Positions 1 to 11,198 are shown, counted from the first letter of the stretch. The stretch is 64,000 nucleotides of DNA from an uncultured delta proteobacterium (GCA_963778655.1 CAVZVA010000005.1:352001-416000); one strand, 5' to 3'. The notes: generated by a model not told the origin, from the letters alone. Numbers and translations are program-made.

Positions 1-752
1 CGCTGCAGCGCCAGCGCGCGCTGCGCGGCGATAACGCGGTGTCCCAAGCGGACCTGGAGAACGCGGATGCCCACGCCAAGCAAGCCGACGCGGAAGTCGC
101 GCGCCTGCGCGCGGAGATCGCCAAGCGAACCATTCGGGCGCCGTTCACCGGCAATCTCGGCATCTGGCAGATCAACCTGGGGCAGTTCCTGCAGGCAGGC
201 CAGGAGGTCACCTCGGTGCAGGCATTGGACCCGGTGTACGTCGATTTCACGCTGCCGCAGCAACGCCTTTCCGAGCTGTCGCAGGGCCTCGCGGTGCGGG
301 TGACGACCGACGCCTATCCCGGCAACACGTTCGAGGGCACGGTCAGCGCGATCAACCCGGGGCTCGAGGCCAGCACGCGCAGCGTCCAGCTGCGCGCCAC
401 GCTGCGCAATCCCGAGAAGCTGCTGCGGCCCGGCATGTTCGCCCAGGTCGAGGTGGTGCTGCCCAAGGCGCGCCAGGTGCTCGCGATTCCGAACACCGCC
501 GTCATCTACGCGCCGTACGGCAACTCGGTGTTCGTGGTGGAGCCCGGCAAGGGCTCGGAACGCATCGCCCGCCAGCGGTTCGTGCGCCTGGGCGAGCGGC
601 GCGGGGACTATGTCGCCGTCACCGACGGCCTGAAGGCCGGCGACGTCGTGGTCATCACCGGTGCGTTCAAGCTGCGCAACGATACGCCGGTCACGATCGA
701 CAATTCGCTCGTGCCGAAGACCTCGCTCGAGCCTTCGCCGCAGGACAACTGA
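1..752 (+). CDS. RND efflux periplasmic adaptor (membrane fusion protein), 5'-truncated by the window edge
   Basis: IRAPFTG, PVYVDF and LRPGMF MFP motifs; directly upstream of an RND permease; the frame stays open to the window start. Confidence 0.92.
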   Translation, partial: LQRQRALRGDNAVSQADLENADAHAKQADAEVARLRAEIAKRTIRAPFTGNLGIWQINLGQFLQAGQEVTSVQALDPVYVDFTLPQQRLSELSQGLAVRVTTDAYPGNTFEGTVSAINPGLEASTRSVQLRATLRNPEKLLRPGMFAQVEVVLPKARQVLAIPNTAVIYAPYGNSVFVVEPGKGSERIARQRFVRLGERRGDYVAVTDGLKAGDVVVITGAFKLRNDTPVTIDNSLVPKTSLEPSPQDN

Positions 753-781
753 GCCCGGCCGACCAGGCGCGGTAGGCACCC

Positions 782-3700
782 ATGTCCCTGACCGACATCT
801 TCATTCGCAGACCGGTGCTCGCGGTGGTGGTCAACCTCGTGATCTTGATCGCCGGGTTGCAAGCGGTGCGCTCGCTGAACGTGCGCCAATACCCGCGCAG
901 CGAGAATGCCACGATCAAGGTCACGACCGCGTACATCGGCGCCAGCGCCGAGCTGGTTCGAGGCTTCATCACCGCCCCGCTGGAGCGCGCGATCGCCGCT
1001 GCCGATGGCATCGATTACCTGGAGTCGCAGAGCACGCAGAGCCTGTCCACCATCAGCGCGCGGCTGAAGCTCAACTACGACGCGAACAAGGCGCTATCTG
1101 AGATCAGCTCCAAGGTCGCTCAGGTGCGCGGCGATCTCCCGCCCGAAGCCGAAGTCCCGGTGATCAACATCGAATCGGCGGATAGCCAGTTCGCGTCCGC
1201 CTACCTGAGCTTTTCCTCGAACATCCTGCAGCCCAACGAGATCACCGAATACCTGGTGCGCGCCGTTCAGCCGCGCTTGACCGCGATCGAAGGCGTGCAG
1301 CGAGCGGAGATCTTGGGCGGCCGCACCTTTGCCATGCGCATCTGGCTCAAGCCGGAGCGGATGGCCGCCCAGCACATCAGCCCCGCCCAGGTGCGGCAGG
1401 CGCTGGCGGCCAACAACTATCTGTCGGCGCTGGGAAAGACCAAGGGATCGCTGATCCAGGTCAACCTCACCGCCGATACCGACCTGCGCTCGGTCGACGA
1501 CTTCAAGCGGCTGGTGATCGGCCGTCAGGGCGACAGCATCGTCCGCCTTTCCGACGTGGCGGACGTCGTGCTCGGGGCCGAGGACTACGACGCCGAGGTG
1601 CGCTTCACCGGCAAGCGCGCGGTGTTCATGGGCATCTTCGTGCTCCCGAACGCCAACGCCATCGACGTGATGGGCCGCGTGCACAAGGAGATGAGCGCGC
1701 TGCAGAAGGACCTGCCGAGCGGGCTCAGCGCACGGGTCGCCTTCGACGGCACGGCGTATATCCGGGACGCGATCCACGACGTCGTCAGGACCCTCAGCGA
1801 GACGCTGCTGATCGTGGTCGTCGTCATCTTCCTGTTCCTCGGCACGCTACGCTCGGCGCTAGTGCCGGTGATCGCGATTCCCGTCTCGCTGATCGGCGCC
1901 GTGTTCCTGATGCAGCTGTTCGGCTTCACGATCAACCTGCTGACCTTGCTCGCGGTGGTGCTGTCGGTGGGGCTGGTCGTCGACGACGCGATCGTCGTGG
2001 TCGAGAACGTCGAGCGGCACTTGCGCGAGGGCAGGCCCCCGCTGGACGCCGCGCTGATCGGGGCACGCGAGCTGGGTGCGCCGATCATCGCGATGACGAT
2101 CACGCTGGCGGCGGTCTATACCCCGATCGCCCTGCAGGGAGGGCTGACCGGCGCGCTGTTCCGAGAGTTCGCCTTCTCGCTCGCGGGCGCGGTGCTGATC
2201 TCGGGCATCGTCGCGCTCACCTTGTCGCCCGTGATGTGCGCCAAGCTGTTGCGGGCCGATCACCAGCAGGGCTGGCTCGCCGCGCACATCGAGTCGGGCT
2301 TCGCACGCCTCAAACGCGGCTACGGACGCGTGCTGCGCGGCACCCTGCAGGCGCGGCCGGCGGTGTACATGGCCTGGGTCGTGCTCGGCTTGCTGGTGAT
2401 TCCGATGTTCAAGTTTGCGCCCAAGGAGCTGGCCCCGACCGAGGACCAAGGCGTGATCTTCGCCCCGATCGTGGACGCACCGGCCGACGCCACCGTGGAT
2501 GAGACCGTGCGCTACGCCGACGCCGCCAACAAGCTGCTGATGAGCGTGCCCGAGGCCGCGTACACCTTCCAGATCACCTTCCCGAGCGGCGGCTTCGGCG
2601 GGCTGGTGGTCAAGCCCTGGAGCCAGCGCAAGCGCACCATCTACCGCATTCTGCCGGAGGTGCGGCGCAAGCTGGCGACCCTGCCCGGGATCACCATGTT
2701 TCCAGTGCTTCCGCCCGCGCTGCCCGGAGGCGGCACCTTTCCGGTCGAGGTCGCGGTGGCATCGACGGCTGAGACCCGCGACGTGCTCGGGTTCGCGCAG
2801 AAGCTCAAAGACGAGGCGATGAAGAGCGGCAAGTTCATGCTGCTCAACATCGACACCAAATTCGATCAGCCCCAGACCGAGTTCGAGATCGACCGCGACA
2901 AGGTGGCCACGCTGGGCTTGAACCTCGAGCAGGTCGGCCGCGACCTGTCCGCTGCGCTCGGCGGCAACTTCGTCAACCGCTTCGACATCGCGGGTCGGAG
3001 CTACAAGGTGATCCCCCAGCTCAAGCGCAAGGATCGCATGAACCCCGAGCAACTCCAGAACCTGGAGGTGACCGGTCCGGGCGGCAAGCTGATCCCGCTG
3101 CGCGCGATCGCCAAGATCAAGCAACAGGTCGCGCCGCGCGCGCTGGGGCGCTTCCAGCAGCTTAATGCGGTCAAGCTCAGCGGGGTCTCTATGCTGCCGC
3201 TCGACGACGCGCTCAAGCTGCTCGAGGCCAAGGCGCACGAGCTGCTGCCGCGAGGCTATGTGCTCGATTACACCGGGGAATCCCGGCAGCTGCGGCTGGA
3301 GGGTAATGGCTTCCTGCAGCTGCTGAGCCTGGCGCTGATCCTGATCTTTCTCGTGCTCGCGGCGCAGTTCAACAGCTTCCGCGATCCGCTGGTGATCCTG
3401 CTCGGCTCGGTGCCTTTGGCGATGTTCGGGTCGTTCATCTTCATGGTGCTGAAGATGCCGAATCCGAACATGCGATTCTGGACAGACGGCTGGACCACGA
3501 CGTTCAACATTTACGCCCAGATCGGGCTGGTCACGCTGGTCGGCCTGGTGGCCAAGAACGGCATCCTGATCGTGCAGTTCGCCAACGAGCTGCAGCGCCG
3601 CGGCCTGTCCAAGCTGGCGGCGGTGGAGGAGGCCGCGGCAACCCGCCTGCGGCCGGTGTTGATGACCAGCGTGGCGACCGTGTGCGGTCACTTTCCCCTC

Positions 3701-3904
3701 ACGCTGGTGACCGGCGCGGGGGCGGCGGCCCGCAACAGCATCGGTCTGGTGATCGTCTCCGGGATGGCCATCGGCACCCTGTTCACGCTGCTCGTGCTGC
3801 CCTCGATCTACGTGTTGTTCGCCCGCGAGCACGGCGGCGAGAGAGCACAAGCCGGGGTACCCGTGGAGAACCACGAGCCCGCGGGCGCACCCGCGCCCGG
3901 CTGA
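782..3904 (+). CDS. RND efflux transporter permease (AcrB/MexW-like)
   Basis: 1040 aa; FIRRPV start, GLVVDDAIVVVEN, KNGILIV and RLRPVLMT motifs. Confidence 0.96.
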   Translation: MSLTDIFIRRPVLAVVVNLVILIAGLQAVRSLNVRQYPRSENATIKVTTAYIGASAELVRGFITAPLERAIAAADGIDYLESQSTQSLSTISARLKLNYDANKALSEISSKVAQVRGDLPPEAEVPVINIESADSQFASAYLSFSSNILQPNEITEYLVRAVQPRLTAIEGVQRAEILGGRTFAMRIWLKPERMAAQHISPAQVRQALAANNYLSALGKTKGSLIQVNLTADTDLRSVDDFKRLVIGRQGDSIVRLSDVADVVLGAEDYDAEVRFTGKRAVFMGIFVLPNANAIDVMGRVHKEMSALQKDLPSGLSARVAFDGTAYIRDAIHDVVRTLSETLLIVVVVIFLFLGTLRSALVPVIAIPVSLIGAVFLMQLFGFTINLLTLLAVVLSVGLVVDDAIVVVENVERHLREGRPPLDAALIGARELGAPIIAMTITLAAVYTPIALQGGLTGALFREFAFSLAGAVLISGIVALTLSPVMCAKLLRADHQQGWLAAHIESGFARLKRGYGRVLRGTLQARPAVYMAWVVLGLLVIPMFKFAPKELAPTEDQGVIFAPIVDAPADATVDETVRYADAANKLLMSVPEAAYTFQITFPSGGFGGLVVKPWSQRKRTIYRILPEVRRKLATLPGITMFPVLPPALPGGGTFPVEVAVASTAETRDVLGFAQKLKDEAMKSGKFMLLNIDTKFDQPQTEFEIDRDKVATLGLNLEQVGRDLSAALGGNFVNRFDIAGRSYKVIPQLKRKDRMNPEQLQNLEVTGPGGKLIPLRAIAKIKQQVAPRALGRFQQLNAVKLSGVSMLPLDDALKLLEAKAHELLPRGYVLDYTGESRQLRLEGNGFLQLLSLALILIFLVLAAQFNSFRDPLVILLGSVPLAMFGSFIFMVLKMPNPNMRFWTDGWTTTFNIYAQIGLVTLVGLVAKNGILIVQFANELQRRGLSKLAAVEEAAATRLRPVLMTSVATVCGHFPLTLVTGAGAAARNSIGLVIVSGMAIGTLFTLLVLPSIYVLFAREHGGERAQAGVPVENHEPAGAPAPG

Positions 3905-4208
3905 GCCGCAACCTGCGTGCCGAAGCGCGACGCCTGCCGTGCGTGGCGCGCTGCGGGTCGAGTGGTGACAATCACGCACGTGGCATTCGGCCTCGTCCGC
4001 GGCCACGGGTCACGCCCCGAGGCGCCGCGGCGGGCGCGCACGGGCGGCAATCTGCGCTGGGTCGCCCTGTAGACCGAGAGCGCCCAACGCTGGTCACCGA
4101 CGGTTGCACCGGACCCGTGCGTGGCCGGCCGCGCCGGCTCCGTGTCCGTTCGCGCCGGCTGCCGGACGGCCGGTCGACGACTCGCGCGGGGGTGTGCTAC
4201 ATGGCGCC

Positions 4209-5753
4209 ATGCAGCGCAACGTGGTCTTGATCCTCGATTTTGGCGCGCAATACGCGCAGCTCATCGCGAGGCGGGTTCGCGAGCAGCACGTCTACTGCGA
4301 GATCCATCCCTTCAATCTGCCGCTCGAGCGCATCCGCGCGCTCGAGCCACGGGCCATCATTCTGTCCGGCGGACCCGCCAGCACGCTCGGCCCGGAGGCG
4401 CCGCGGGTCGACGCCGAGCTGTTCCGCATGGGCGTGCCGGTGCTCGGCATCTGCTACGGGATGCAGCTGATGTGCGGCCTGCTCGGCGGCAAGGTGGAGT
4501 CCGCGCGCGAGCGCGAGTTCGGACCCACCACGGTGCTGGTCGAGCGCCCGGAGGGCATCCTCTCGATGCTCGGGCGGGGCGCGAGCACGCACGTGTGGAT
4601 GAGCCACGGCGACCGAGTGATTTCGCTGCCGCCGGGCTTCGAGGTGCTGGCGCGCAGCGACAGCTCGCCCTACGCCGCGGTCGGCGACGCGGCGCGCAAG
4701 CTCTACGGCGTGCAGTTCCATCCCGAGGTCGCGCATACCGATCTGGGCAACGAGATGCTGGGCGCCTTCCTGTTCGAAGTGGCGGGCCTATCGCCGAGCT
4801 GGACGCCGAGCTCGTTCATCGACGAGACCGTGGCACGCGTACGCGCCCAGGTCGGGGGCGGCCAAGCGATCTGCGCGCTCTCCGGCGGCGTGGACTCCTC
4901 GGTCGCGGCGGTGCTGGTGTCGCGCGCGATCGGCGAGCAGCTCACCTGCATCTTCGTCGACAACGGCGTGCTGCGAAAGGACGAGGCCACCCAGGTCGTG
5001 CGCATGGTGCGCGACCACCTCGGGCTCAAGCTGGTACACGTGGATGCGAGCGAGACCTTCCTGCGCGCGCTGGCCGGCATCAGCGATCCCGAGCAGAAAC
5101 GCAAGACGATCGGACGCCTGTTCATCGACGTCTTCGACAAGGAGGCTGCCCGCCTGGGCAAGGTCGACTTCCTGGTGCAGGGCACCTTGTATCCCGACGT
5201 GATCGAGAGCGTGTCGTTCAAGGGGCCGAGCGCGGTGATCAAGACCCACCACAACGTGGGCGGTCTGCCCGAGCGCATGAAGCTGTCCCTGATCGAGCCG
5301 CTGCGGGAGCTGTTCAAGGACGAGGTGCGCGAGGTCGGGCTGCAGCTGCAGATGCCCCGACACGTGCTGTGGCGGCAGCCGTTCCCCGGACCCGGGCTGG
5401 CGATCCGCTGCCTGGGCGAGGTCACCGCCGAGAAGCTGCAGATCCTGCGCGAGGCCGACGCGATTCTGCAGGAGGAGGTGCGCGCGGCCGATCTGTACGA
5501 GGCGCTTTGGCAGTCGTTCTGCGTCATCCTGCCCGTGCGCAGCGTCGGCGTGATGGGAGACGACCGCACCTACGAGCACGTGGTCGCGGTACGCGCCGTG
5601 ACGTCCAAGGACGCGATGACCGCGGACTGGGCGCGCCTGCCCTATGATCTGCTGGCCCGCATCTCCTCCCGCATCATCAACGAGGTGCACGGTTGCAACC
5701 GCGTGGTCTACGACATCTCCAGCAAGCCCCCAGCGACGATCGAGTGGGAGTGA
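4209..5753 (+). CDS. guaA: GMP synthase (glutamine-hydrolysing)
   Basis: [35 protein letters not shown]; start moved to ATG 4209. Confidence 0.98.
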   Translation: MQRNVVLILDFGAQYAQLIARRVREQHVYCEIHPFNLPLERIRALEPRAIILSGGPASTLGPEAPRVDAELFRMGVPVLGICYGMQLMCGLLGGKVESAREREFGPTTVLVERPEGILSMLGRGASTHVWMSHGDRVISLPPGFEVLARSDSSPYAAVGDAARKLYGVQFHPEVAHTDLGNEMLGAFLFEVAGLSPSWTPSSFIDETVARVRAQVGGGQAICALSGGVDSSVAAVLVSRAIGEQLTCIFVDNGVLRKDEATQVVRMVRDHLGLKLVHVDASETFLRALAGISDPEQKRKTIGRLFIDVFDKEAARLGKVDFLVQGTLYPDVIESVSFKGPSAVIKTHHNVGGLPERMKLSLIEPLRELFKDEVREVGLQLQMPRHVLWRQPFPGPGLAIRCLGEVTAEKLQILREADAILQEEVRAADLYEALWQSFCVILPVRSVGVMGDDRTYEHVVAVRAVTSKDAMTADWARLPYDLLARISSRIINEVHGCNRVVYDISSKPPATIEWE

Positions 5754-6067
5754 GCCTCCGCGTGGCTGCGCGCCGCGGCGCGTTGCTGTGGCTGGTGCTG
5801 TCCGCGTGCGCGGGCTGCTACCCGCACCCGCCGCCTCCCGAGGTCGCGAGCCTGCGCGTGATCGCGGAGCCCGAGACCGCCAGCGTCTACGTCGACGATC
5901 AGTACGTGGGCAGCGCGCGCGTGCTGGCGAAGCGGCCGATCACGCTCAAGCCCGGTGTCCGCTTCGTGACCTTCGAGGCGGCGGGCTACTTTCCCCACGA
6001 CCTCAAGCTCAACCTTCCGCGCGGCGAGACCACGATCAAGATGAAGCTGCGCCCGATCCCGCCCTGA
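5750..6067 (+). CDS. PEGA-domain lipoprotein
   Basis: GTG overlaps the guaA stop; hydrophobic signal with ACAGC lipobox; ASVYVDD..VG PEGA-like pattern. Confidence 0.7.
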   Translation: MSLRVAARRGALLWLVLSACAGCYPHPPPPEVASLRVIAEPETASVYVDDQYVGSARVLAKRPITLKPGVRFVTFEAAGYFPHDLKLNLPRGETTIKMKLRPIPP

Positions 6068-6075
6068 GCGCGCGA

Positions 6076-6807
6076 TCACTCGATGCGCACCAGCTTTTCG
6101 GCAGGGATGAAGGCCGCGACCTCGCCCAGCGCTCGGGTGACCTGCGCCGCGTCGGCGCCGTCCACGGTCACCTTCAGCCGGTATTCCTGGTCGCGGAAGC
6201 GCGGATAGCTGCCGATCAGCAGGTCCGGGTGGCGCAGCGCGACGGCCGTGAGCTCGGACGCGATTTCGCCCTCGTCGCACAACGTGAAGACGGCGCGGCT
6301 GTGAAAGCCCGAGCCCTGGTCCAGGTGCACGCGCAACACGGGAAACTTCATGCGGAAGATCTCCGGCACGCCCGGAAACACGTAGACGTTCTCGATCGCG
6401 ACCGTGGGCCACGGTATCTCGGCGCTCGCGAGCAGGCGCGCGCCTTCGGGGACGTCGGCCATGCGCAGGTGGTCCTCCGTCACGCGTGCTCCGTGATAGT
6501 CGCGGATCAGCGTCTCGATCTCGGCTGCGCGCACCAGCCTGGTGCCGAAGGCCTTGGCGATCGCGGGCAGGGTGACGTCGTCGTGCGTCGGCCCCACGCC
6601 ACCGCTGGTGAACACCATGTCGTGCGTGGCGCGCAAGCGATTGAGGTCTTCGGCGATCACGTCGATCTCGTCGCGGCAGAACACTGCACGTGCCAGCACG
6701 ATACCCAGCTTGAACAGCTCCTGGCCCAGGTAACCCAGGTTGCCTTCCTGGATCTTGCCCGTCAGTAGCTCGTTGCCGATGATCAGCGCGGCGGCGGTCC
6801 GGGCCAT
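6076..6807 (-). CDS. CinA-like molybdopterin-binding (COG1058) protein lacking the C-terminal NMN-deamidase domain
   Basis: IIGNELLTG, SGGVGPTHDD, FPGVP, IGSYP motifs; 243 aa. Confidence 0.88.
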   Translation of the reverse strand: MARTAAALIIGNELLTGKIQEGNLGYLGQELFKLGIVLARAVFCRDEIDVIAEDLNRLRATHDMVFTSGGVGPTHDDVTLPAIAKAFGTRLVRAAEIETLIRDYHGARVTEDHLRMADVPEGARLLASAEIPWPTVAIENVYVFPGVPEIFRMKFPVLRVHLDQGSGFHSRAVFTLCDEGEIASELTAVALRHPDLLIGSYPRFRDQEYRLKVTVDGADAAQVTRALGEVAAFIPAEKLVRIE

Positions 6808-6901
6808 CGCCGCGCATCATACGTCGCCCCGGCTGCCGCGTCGACGCGGCGGGGTAGGGCGCGTGTCTGGAGCGGCGCCTGCGCGGGTGCCCGCGGCGCG
6901 C

Positions 6902-8068
6902 TCAGGCGCCGAGCTCGATGCCGAGGTGGCGGGCCACCGTGACCAACTCGCCCGCCGGAGGAACCAGCTTGGGCGCGCGCAGCGCCTTCTCGATCGGAAC
7001 GGTCACGATCTCCTGGCCGCGCAGCGCCACCATCACCCCGCCCTGGCCCCGCGCGCAGCACAACGCCGCCGCCACCCCGAAACGGCTGCCGAGCAGGCGG
7101 TCGAATGCCGATGGCGAGCCCCCGCGCTGCAGGTGCCCGAGCACCGTGACGCGGATCTCGTGGTCGATGCGCCCCGCGAGCTGGTCGGCCAAGGTTTGGC
7201 CCGCGCCGCCGAGGCGCGCCAGGTGGCCCTTGTGTCCGCGCTCGAGAGTCGCGTGCCCGCCGCCCCTGGGGTGGGCCCCTTCGCCCACTACCACGATGCT
7301 GAACGTCGCGCCCAGCTCGGAGCGGAGCTGGATCTTCGACACAATGCGCTCGATGTCGTACGGGATCTCCGGAATGGCGATCACGTCGGCTCCGCCCGCG
7401 ATGCCGGCGCAGAGCGCGATCCAGCCGGCGTAGCGACCCATCAGCTCCACCACCATCACGCGGTCGTGCGATTCGGCGGTGGCGTGCAGGGCGTCGATCG
7501 CCCAGGTTGCGGTCGAGAGCGCGGTATCGAAGCCGAAGGTGTAGTCGGTCGCCGCCAGATCGTTGTCGATGGTCTTCGGCACGCCGATCACGGGCATCCC
7601 GCGGTGCATGAAGGTGCGCGCGAAGTGCAAGGTTCCGTCGCCGCCCACCATTACCAGCGCATCGATTTGATGCCGCTTCACGCGCTCGATTACCGCCGCG
7701 GAGACGTCTGTGTAGGCCACTTTGCCGTGCGCGTCACGCGTCGGGTAGGCGAACGGGTTGGCGCGGTTGGAGCAGCCGAGCACGCTGCCGCCTTTGGGCA
7801 GGATGCCGCGCACGCTGGCTCGCGTCAGCCGCAGCATGCGGCCGGCCTGGATCAAGCCCTCGAAACCGTCCTCGCTGCCGTAGACCTCGATCTCGAGCTC
7901 CTCGCAGGTCTTGACGAATGCGCGCAGCACGGCGTTCAGGCCGGGCGCGTCTCCGCCCCCGGTCAGGATGCAGACGCGTCGAAAGGCGGCGCGCGCGCGG
8001 GCGCCCTGGCTCGGGCTGCGCTTGCCTCGCACGGCGGGCGATTTCGTTGTGCGCTTGCGCGCGGCCAT
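6902..8068 (-). CDS. pfkA: 6-phosphofructokinase (probably ATP-dependent)
   Basis: TGGGDAPGLNA, GGDGT, PKTIDND, MGRYAGW, LGHLQRGG. Confidence 0.95.
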   Translation of the reverse strand: MAARKRTTKSPAVRGKRSPSQGARARAAFRRVCILTGGGDAPGLNAVLRAFVKTCEELEIEVYGSEDGFEGLIQAGRMLRLTRASVRGILPKGGSVLGCSNRANPFAYPTRDAHGKVAYTDVSAAVIERVKRHQIDALVMVGGDGTLHFARTFMHRGMPVIGVPKTIDNDLAATDYTFGFDTALSTATWAIDALHATAESHDRVMVVELMGRYAGWIALCAGIAGGADVIAIPEIPYDIERIVSKIQLRSELGATFSIVVVGEGAHPRGGGHATLERGHKGHLARLGGAGQTLADQLAGRIDHEIRVTVLGHLQRGGSPSAFDRLLGSRFGVAAALCCARGQGGVMVALRGQEIVTVPIEKALRAPKLVPPAGELVTVARHLGIELGA

Positions 8069-8086
8069 GGCGCCATCCTAACACCA

Positions 8087-8818
8087 TCAGGCGCGTCGGC
8101 AGGCGCTCTCGTATATGGCGATGCCGGCCGCCACCGAGGCGTTGAGCGATGCGATCGGCCCCGGCAGCTCGATGCGCGCCAGAAACACGCACTGCTCCCG
8201 CACGAGCCGCCGAAGCCCGCGCCCCTCCGATCCGATCACCAGCACGCGTCCGTCTTCGGAAGCTGGAGGCGGCAGCGCCCTGAGCTCGACCTCGCCGTCG
8301 GCGTCGAGGCCGACGACCTGGAAGCCGTGCTCGCGCAGCTCGCGCAGGGCGCGTGCCAGATTCGTCACGCGCGCGATGCGCGCCCGCTCGGTGGCCCCGG
8401 CCGAGGCGCGGACCACCGCCGAGGTCACCGGCGCGGCCCGGTCTTTGAGCGTGAGCACGCCCGCGGCGCCGAAGGCGACCGCGCTGCGAACGATCGCGCC
8501 GAAGTTCTGCGGATCGGTGACTTGGTCGAGCGCGACCAGCAAGGCCCCGGGCCCGGCCGCCGCCAGCAAGTCTTGCAGGCCGAGGTACGGGTAGTCTCCG
8601 GCGATCGCGATCACGCCCTGATGGCGGGAGCCGCCGGCCAGGGCTTCCAGCTCCGCCCGGTCACGCGACTCGCAGCGCACCCCGCGCTGCCGTGCGAGCG
8701 CGAGCAAGCTCCCCAGGTCCCCCGCCGGCTGAGCCTCGGTGTAGACCACCGCGATGCGCTCGGGCGCCGCCCGCACGCCCTCGGTGACCGCCCGAGGGCC
8801 GAGCAGGAGCCGCTTCAT
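8087..8818 (-). CDS. rlmB: 23S rRNA (Gm2251) 2'-O-methyltransferase, SpoU family
   Basis: HQGV, DQVTDPQNFGAIVRSA, GSEGRG, SLNASVA. Confidence 0.9.
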   Translation of the reverse strand: MKRLLLGPRAVTEGVRAAPERIAVVYTEAQPAGDLGSLLALARQRGVRCESRDRAELEALAGGSRHQGVIAIAGDYPYLGLQDLLAAAGPGALLVALDQVTDPQNFGAIVRSAVAFGAAGVLTLKDRAAPVTSAVVRASAGATERARIARVTNLARALRELREHGFQVVGLDADGEVELRALPPPASEDGRVLVIGSEGRGLRRLVREQCVFLARIELPGPIASLNASVAAGIAIYESACRRA

Positions 8819-8848
8819 CGGACGCGCTGCACCGGCCCGGGGGCGGGC

Positions 8849-9649
8849 TCAGATCCCGTCGAGGCCCTTGAGCGGATCGTTGTCGCCCCCGGTGTCCTTC
8901 TTCTCGCTCTTGCTCGAGCTGCTGCTGCTCGACTTCTTCGCGCTGCTCGCGTGGTGGTGCGAGCTGTGTGACCGGGCGGGCGTGCTGTCCGCCTCGCTGG
9001 CTGCGGCCTTGCGCGCGGCCAGGGCCTTGGCCTCCTCGGCCTTGGCCACAGCCTCGGCTTCGGCGGCGCGCTTCTCTTCGGCCAGGCGCGCGGCCTCGCG
9101 CTCCTTGGCGGCGAGCTCGTCGGCAATGCGCTGCTTCTCCTGCGCCTGCATTTGCGCGAGCCGCTCCTTGGCTTGGAGCTGCGCGGCGGCACGCTCCTGC
9201 CCGGGCTTGTACACGCCGAAGTAGCCGTACGCCATGCCGCCCGCAGCGAGCAGTGCGACCGCAGCCAGCGCCAGCGGTGACACGCCCTTGCGCCGTTGCG
9301 ATTCGATCTGCTTGATGCTGAGCTCGTGCTGGCGCTGGCGGTGCTGCTCCTCGGCCTTGAGCTTGGTCTCCGCTTCGAGCCGCAGGCGCAGCTCAGCTTC
9401 GTCGCGCTCGCGCTGCTTGCGCTCGACCTCATCGCGCTCCTGGCGCTCCGCGGCGAGCCGGGCTTCTTCCTCGGCTCTGCGCCGCGCTTCTTCTTCTTCC
9501 TTGCGCCGGTTCTCTTCTTCCAGCCGGCGGCGCGCTTCCGCTTCGGCCCTGCGCCGCGTCTCCGCCTCTTCAGCTTGGATTCTCTCTTCTTCGAGAGACA
9601 TCAGCTCCTTGAGGTTGAAGAGAACAGAGGACTCTTTCTGCTCGTTCAT
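8849..9649 (-). CDS. Hypothetical membrane protein: coiled coil, TM helix, coiled coil, Ser/Lys-rich tail
   Basis: Starts MNEQKESSVLFNLKEL; E/R-rich coiled coil; one hydrophobic helix; ends DNDPLKGLDGI. Confidence 0.75.
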   Translation of the reverse strand: MNEQKESSVLFNLKELMSLEEERIQAEEAETRRRAEAEARRRLEEENRRKEEEEARRRAEEEARLAAERQERDEVERKQRERDEAELRLRLEAETKLKAEEQHRQRQHELSIKQIESQRRKGVSPLALAAVALLAAGGMAYGYFGVYKPGQERAAAQLQAKERLAQMQAQEKQRIADELAAKEREAARLAEEKRAAEAEAVAKAEEAKALAARKAAASEADSTPARSHSSHHHASSAKKSSSSSSSKSEKKDTGGDNDPLKGLDGI

Positions 9650-9947
9650 CGCGGGTCTCTCTCCGTTGCAACAGCGCTCGCTGCTCCAGTGTCTGGAAGG
9701 CGCGCACGCGCAGCGCCATGTACCTTTGCCACGAGCAGGCCCTCCAAGACGCCACGCAATAGTAGCGGTCGTGTCCGAGGCTGTCAATCGTGACAACGCC
9801 CGGTTGCATGCTGAATTGCTCCATATTTCAACACCTTGCTACGAGAGCCAGGGCTCTGATAAGTAGCCCGCCGAGAGCCGGTAATGTCCTAGAATAGCAG
9901 CGGTGCTCCAATGTAGGGACTCGGCGTGGGATTCACGGGAGGGTGCG

Positions 9948-10163
9948 ATGCCGACCGAAATCACGGCACATATCACGGGAACCGTTTGGAAGATCGAGAA
10001 GCAGGTGGGCGACCCGGTGGCCGAGGGCGAGACGGTCGTGATCCTCGAATCCATGAAGATGGAAATGCCGGTCGAATCGCCGATCGCCGGGCCGCTCAGC
10101 GAGCTGCGCTGCCAGGAAGGCGATGCGGTTCAGGAGGGCGACGTCCTGGCTCTGATCGGATGA
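9948..10163 (+). CDS. Stand-alone biotin/lipoyl carrier protein
   Basis: ESMKME biotinylation motif, 71 aa, GGAGG RBS upstream. Confidence 0.92.
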   Translation: MPTEITAHITGTVWKIEKQVGDPVAEGETVVILESMKMEMPVESPIAGPLSELRCQEGDAVQEGDVLALIG

Positions 10164-10444
10164 CCTTCGCGACAGCGCCGTGGACGGGCGCGGCAGGGCT
10201 CGCCTACCCTGGGACGGTGCGCGCGATCGCATGGCTGACCCTGGCGGCCGCTCTGCTCGGCGGGTGCTCTCTGCAGAGCGGGAACAAGGGCGCCACCTGC
10301 ACCCGCAGCGCCCAGTGCGTGGCAGGGCTCGCCTGCGTAAGCGGCCGTTGCAGCGACAACCTGTCGTCGATCGCGAAGCAGAGCGACGTGCCCATGCTGA
10401 TGAGCGCAGACGCGGCAACCGGCGACGACGCCGGCGGCGGTTGA
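10160..10444 (+). CDS. Small Cys-rich lipoprotein (start may be GTG 10217)
   Basis: LLGGC lipobox; CTRSAQCVAGLACVSGRC Cys pattern. Confidence 0.65.
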   Translation: MTFATAPWTGAAGLAYPGTVRAIAWLTLAAALLGGCSLQSGNKGATCTRSAQCVAGLACVSGRCSDNLSSIAKQSDVPMLMSADAATGDDAGGG

Positions 10445-10451
10445 GCGCCCG

Positions 10452-11198
10452 CTAGCCCGCGCGGCGCCGGCGGCGCAGGACCGCGATCAGGGCGGCTGCC
10501 ATCAGCAGATCGAGCCCGAGCGAGGCCGCCAGCAGCGCGCGCAGGGTTCCCGCCGAGCGGGCCGCCACGGTGACCGGGCCGACGCGCGCGAAGGCGCGTT
10601 GTGGCTGTGGCTCCGCTTCGAGCGTGCTCTGGATGACACTCACCCGGTCCGGCTCGAGCCCGTTGAGCGCGCCTGCGACCAGGGCGCGCACCGAGCCCTG
10701 ATCGAGCGGCGGTGCGCCGCGCCTGCGCTCGATCAGCACGGAGGCCTTGGCGCGCGGGGGTGGCGCGTCCAGCGCCGCGGGCGCATCCGCAGGCGCCAGG
10801 TGGACGTGCGCGTCGGCCACGCCCGGCATGCGGCGCAGCGAGCGCGCCAGCTCGCCCGCGGTGGCTGCCACCCAGCGCGCGCGCTCCTCTTGCGGCGTCG
10901 CGATCAGCTGGGGCTCCCGGTAGAGCGCGTCGAATCCGCTCTCTGGTGCCTCGGGCAGCCTGCGGGCCTCGATCAGCGCGAGCGCCGAGGCCACGTCGCC
11001 CGCGGCAACCTCGACGCCGAAAGCCCCGGACCCCGCGCCCGGCTGCGCGACCTTGCTGGCCGCGATCGCGGAACGATCGAGCGCCACCACGATCTGGTTG
11101 GCCTCCTGCTCGGTCAGCCCTTGCCGCACCACCGCCTTGCTGCAAGCGCCGAGCAGCGCCCCCCCGAGCAGGACAAGCCAGGTCCAGCCCACACGCAT
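10452..11198 (-). CDS. sctJ: SctJ/YscJ/FliF-family inner-membrane ring lipoprotein
   Basis: LGAC lipobox; GLTEQEANQIVVAL, LIATPQEERAR, ELARSLRRMPGVADAHVHL, KASVLI, LVAGALNGL..DRVSV; C-terminal TM followed by basic residues. Confidence 0.85.
   Translation of the reverse strand: MRVGWTWLVLLGGALLGACSKAVVRQGLTEQEANQIVVALDRSAIAASKVAQPGAGSGAFGVEVAAGDVASALALIEARRLPEAPESGFDALYREPQLIATPQEERARWVAATAGELARSLRRMPGVADAHVHLAPADAPAALDAPPPRAKASVLIERRRGAPPLDQGSVRALVAGALNGLEPDRVSVIQSTLEAEPQPQRAFARVGPVTVAARSAGTLRALLAASLGLDLLMAAALIAVLRRRRRAG

Noticed and set aside
3905..4208. Purine riboswitch upstream of guaA
   Set aside because: No recognisable aptamer core; the sequence is very GC-rich and a promoter-like TGCTACAT sits just before the start codon.
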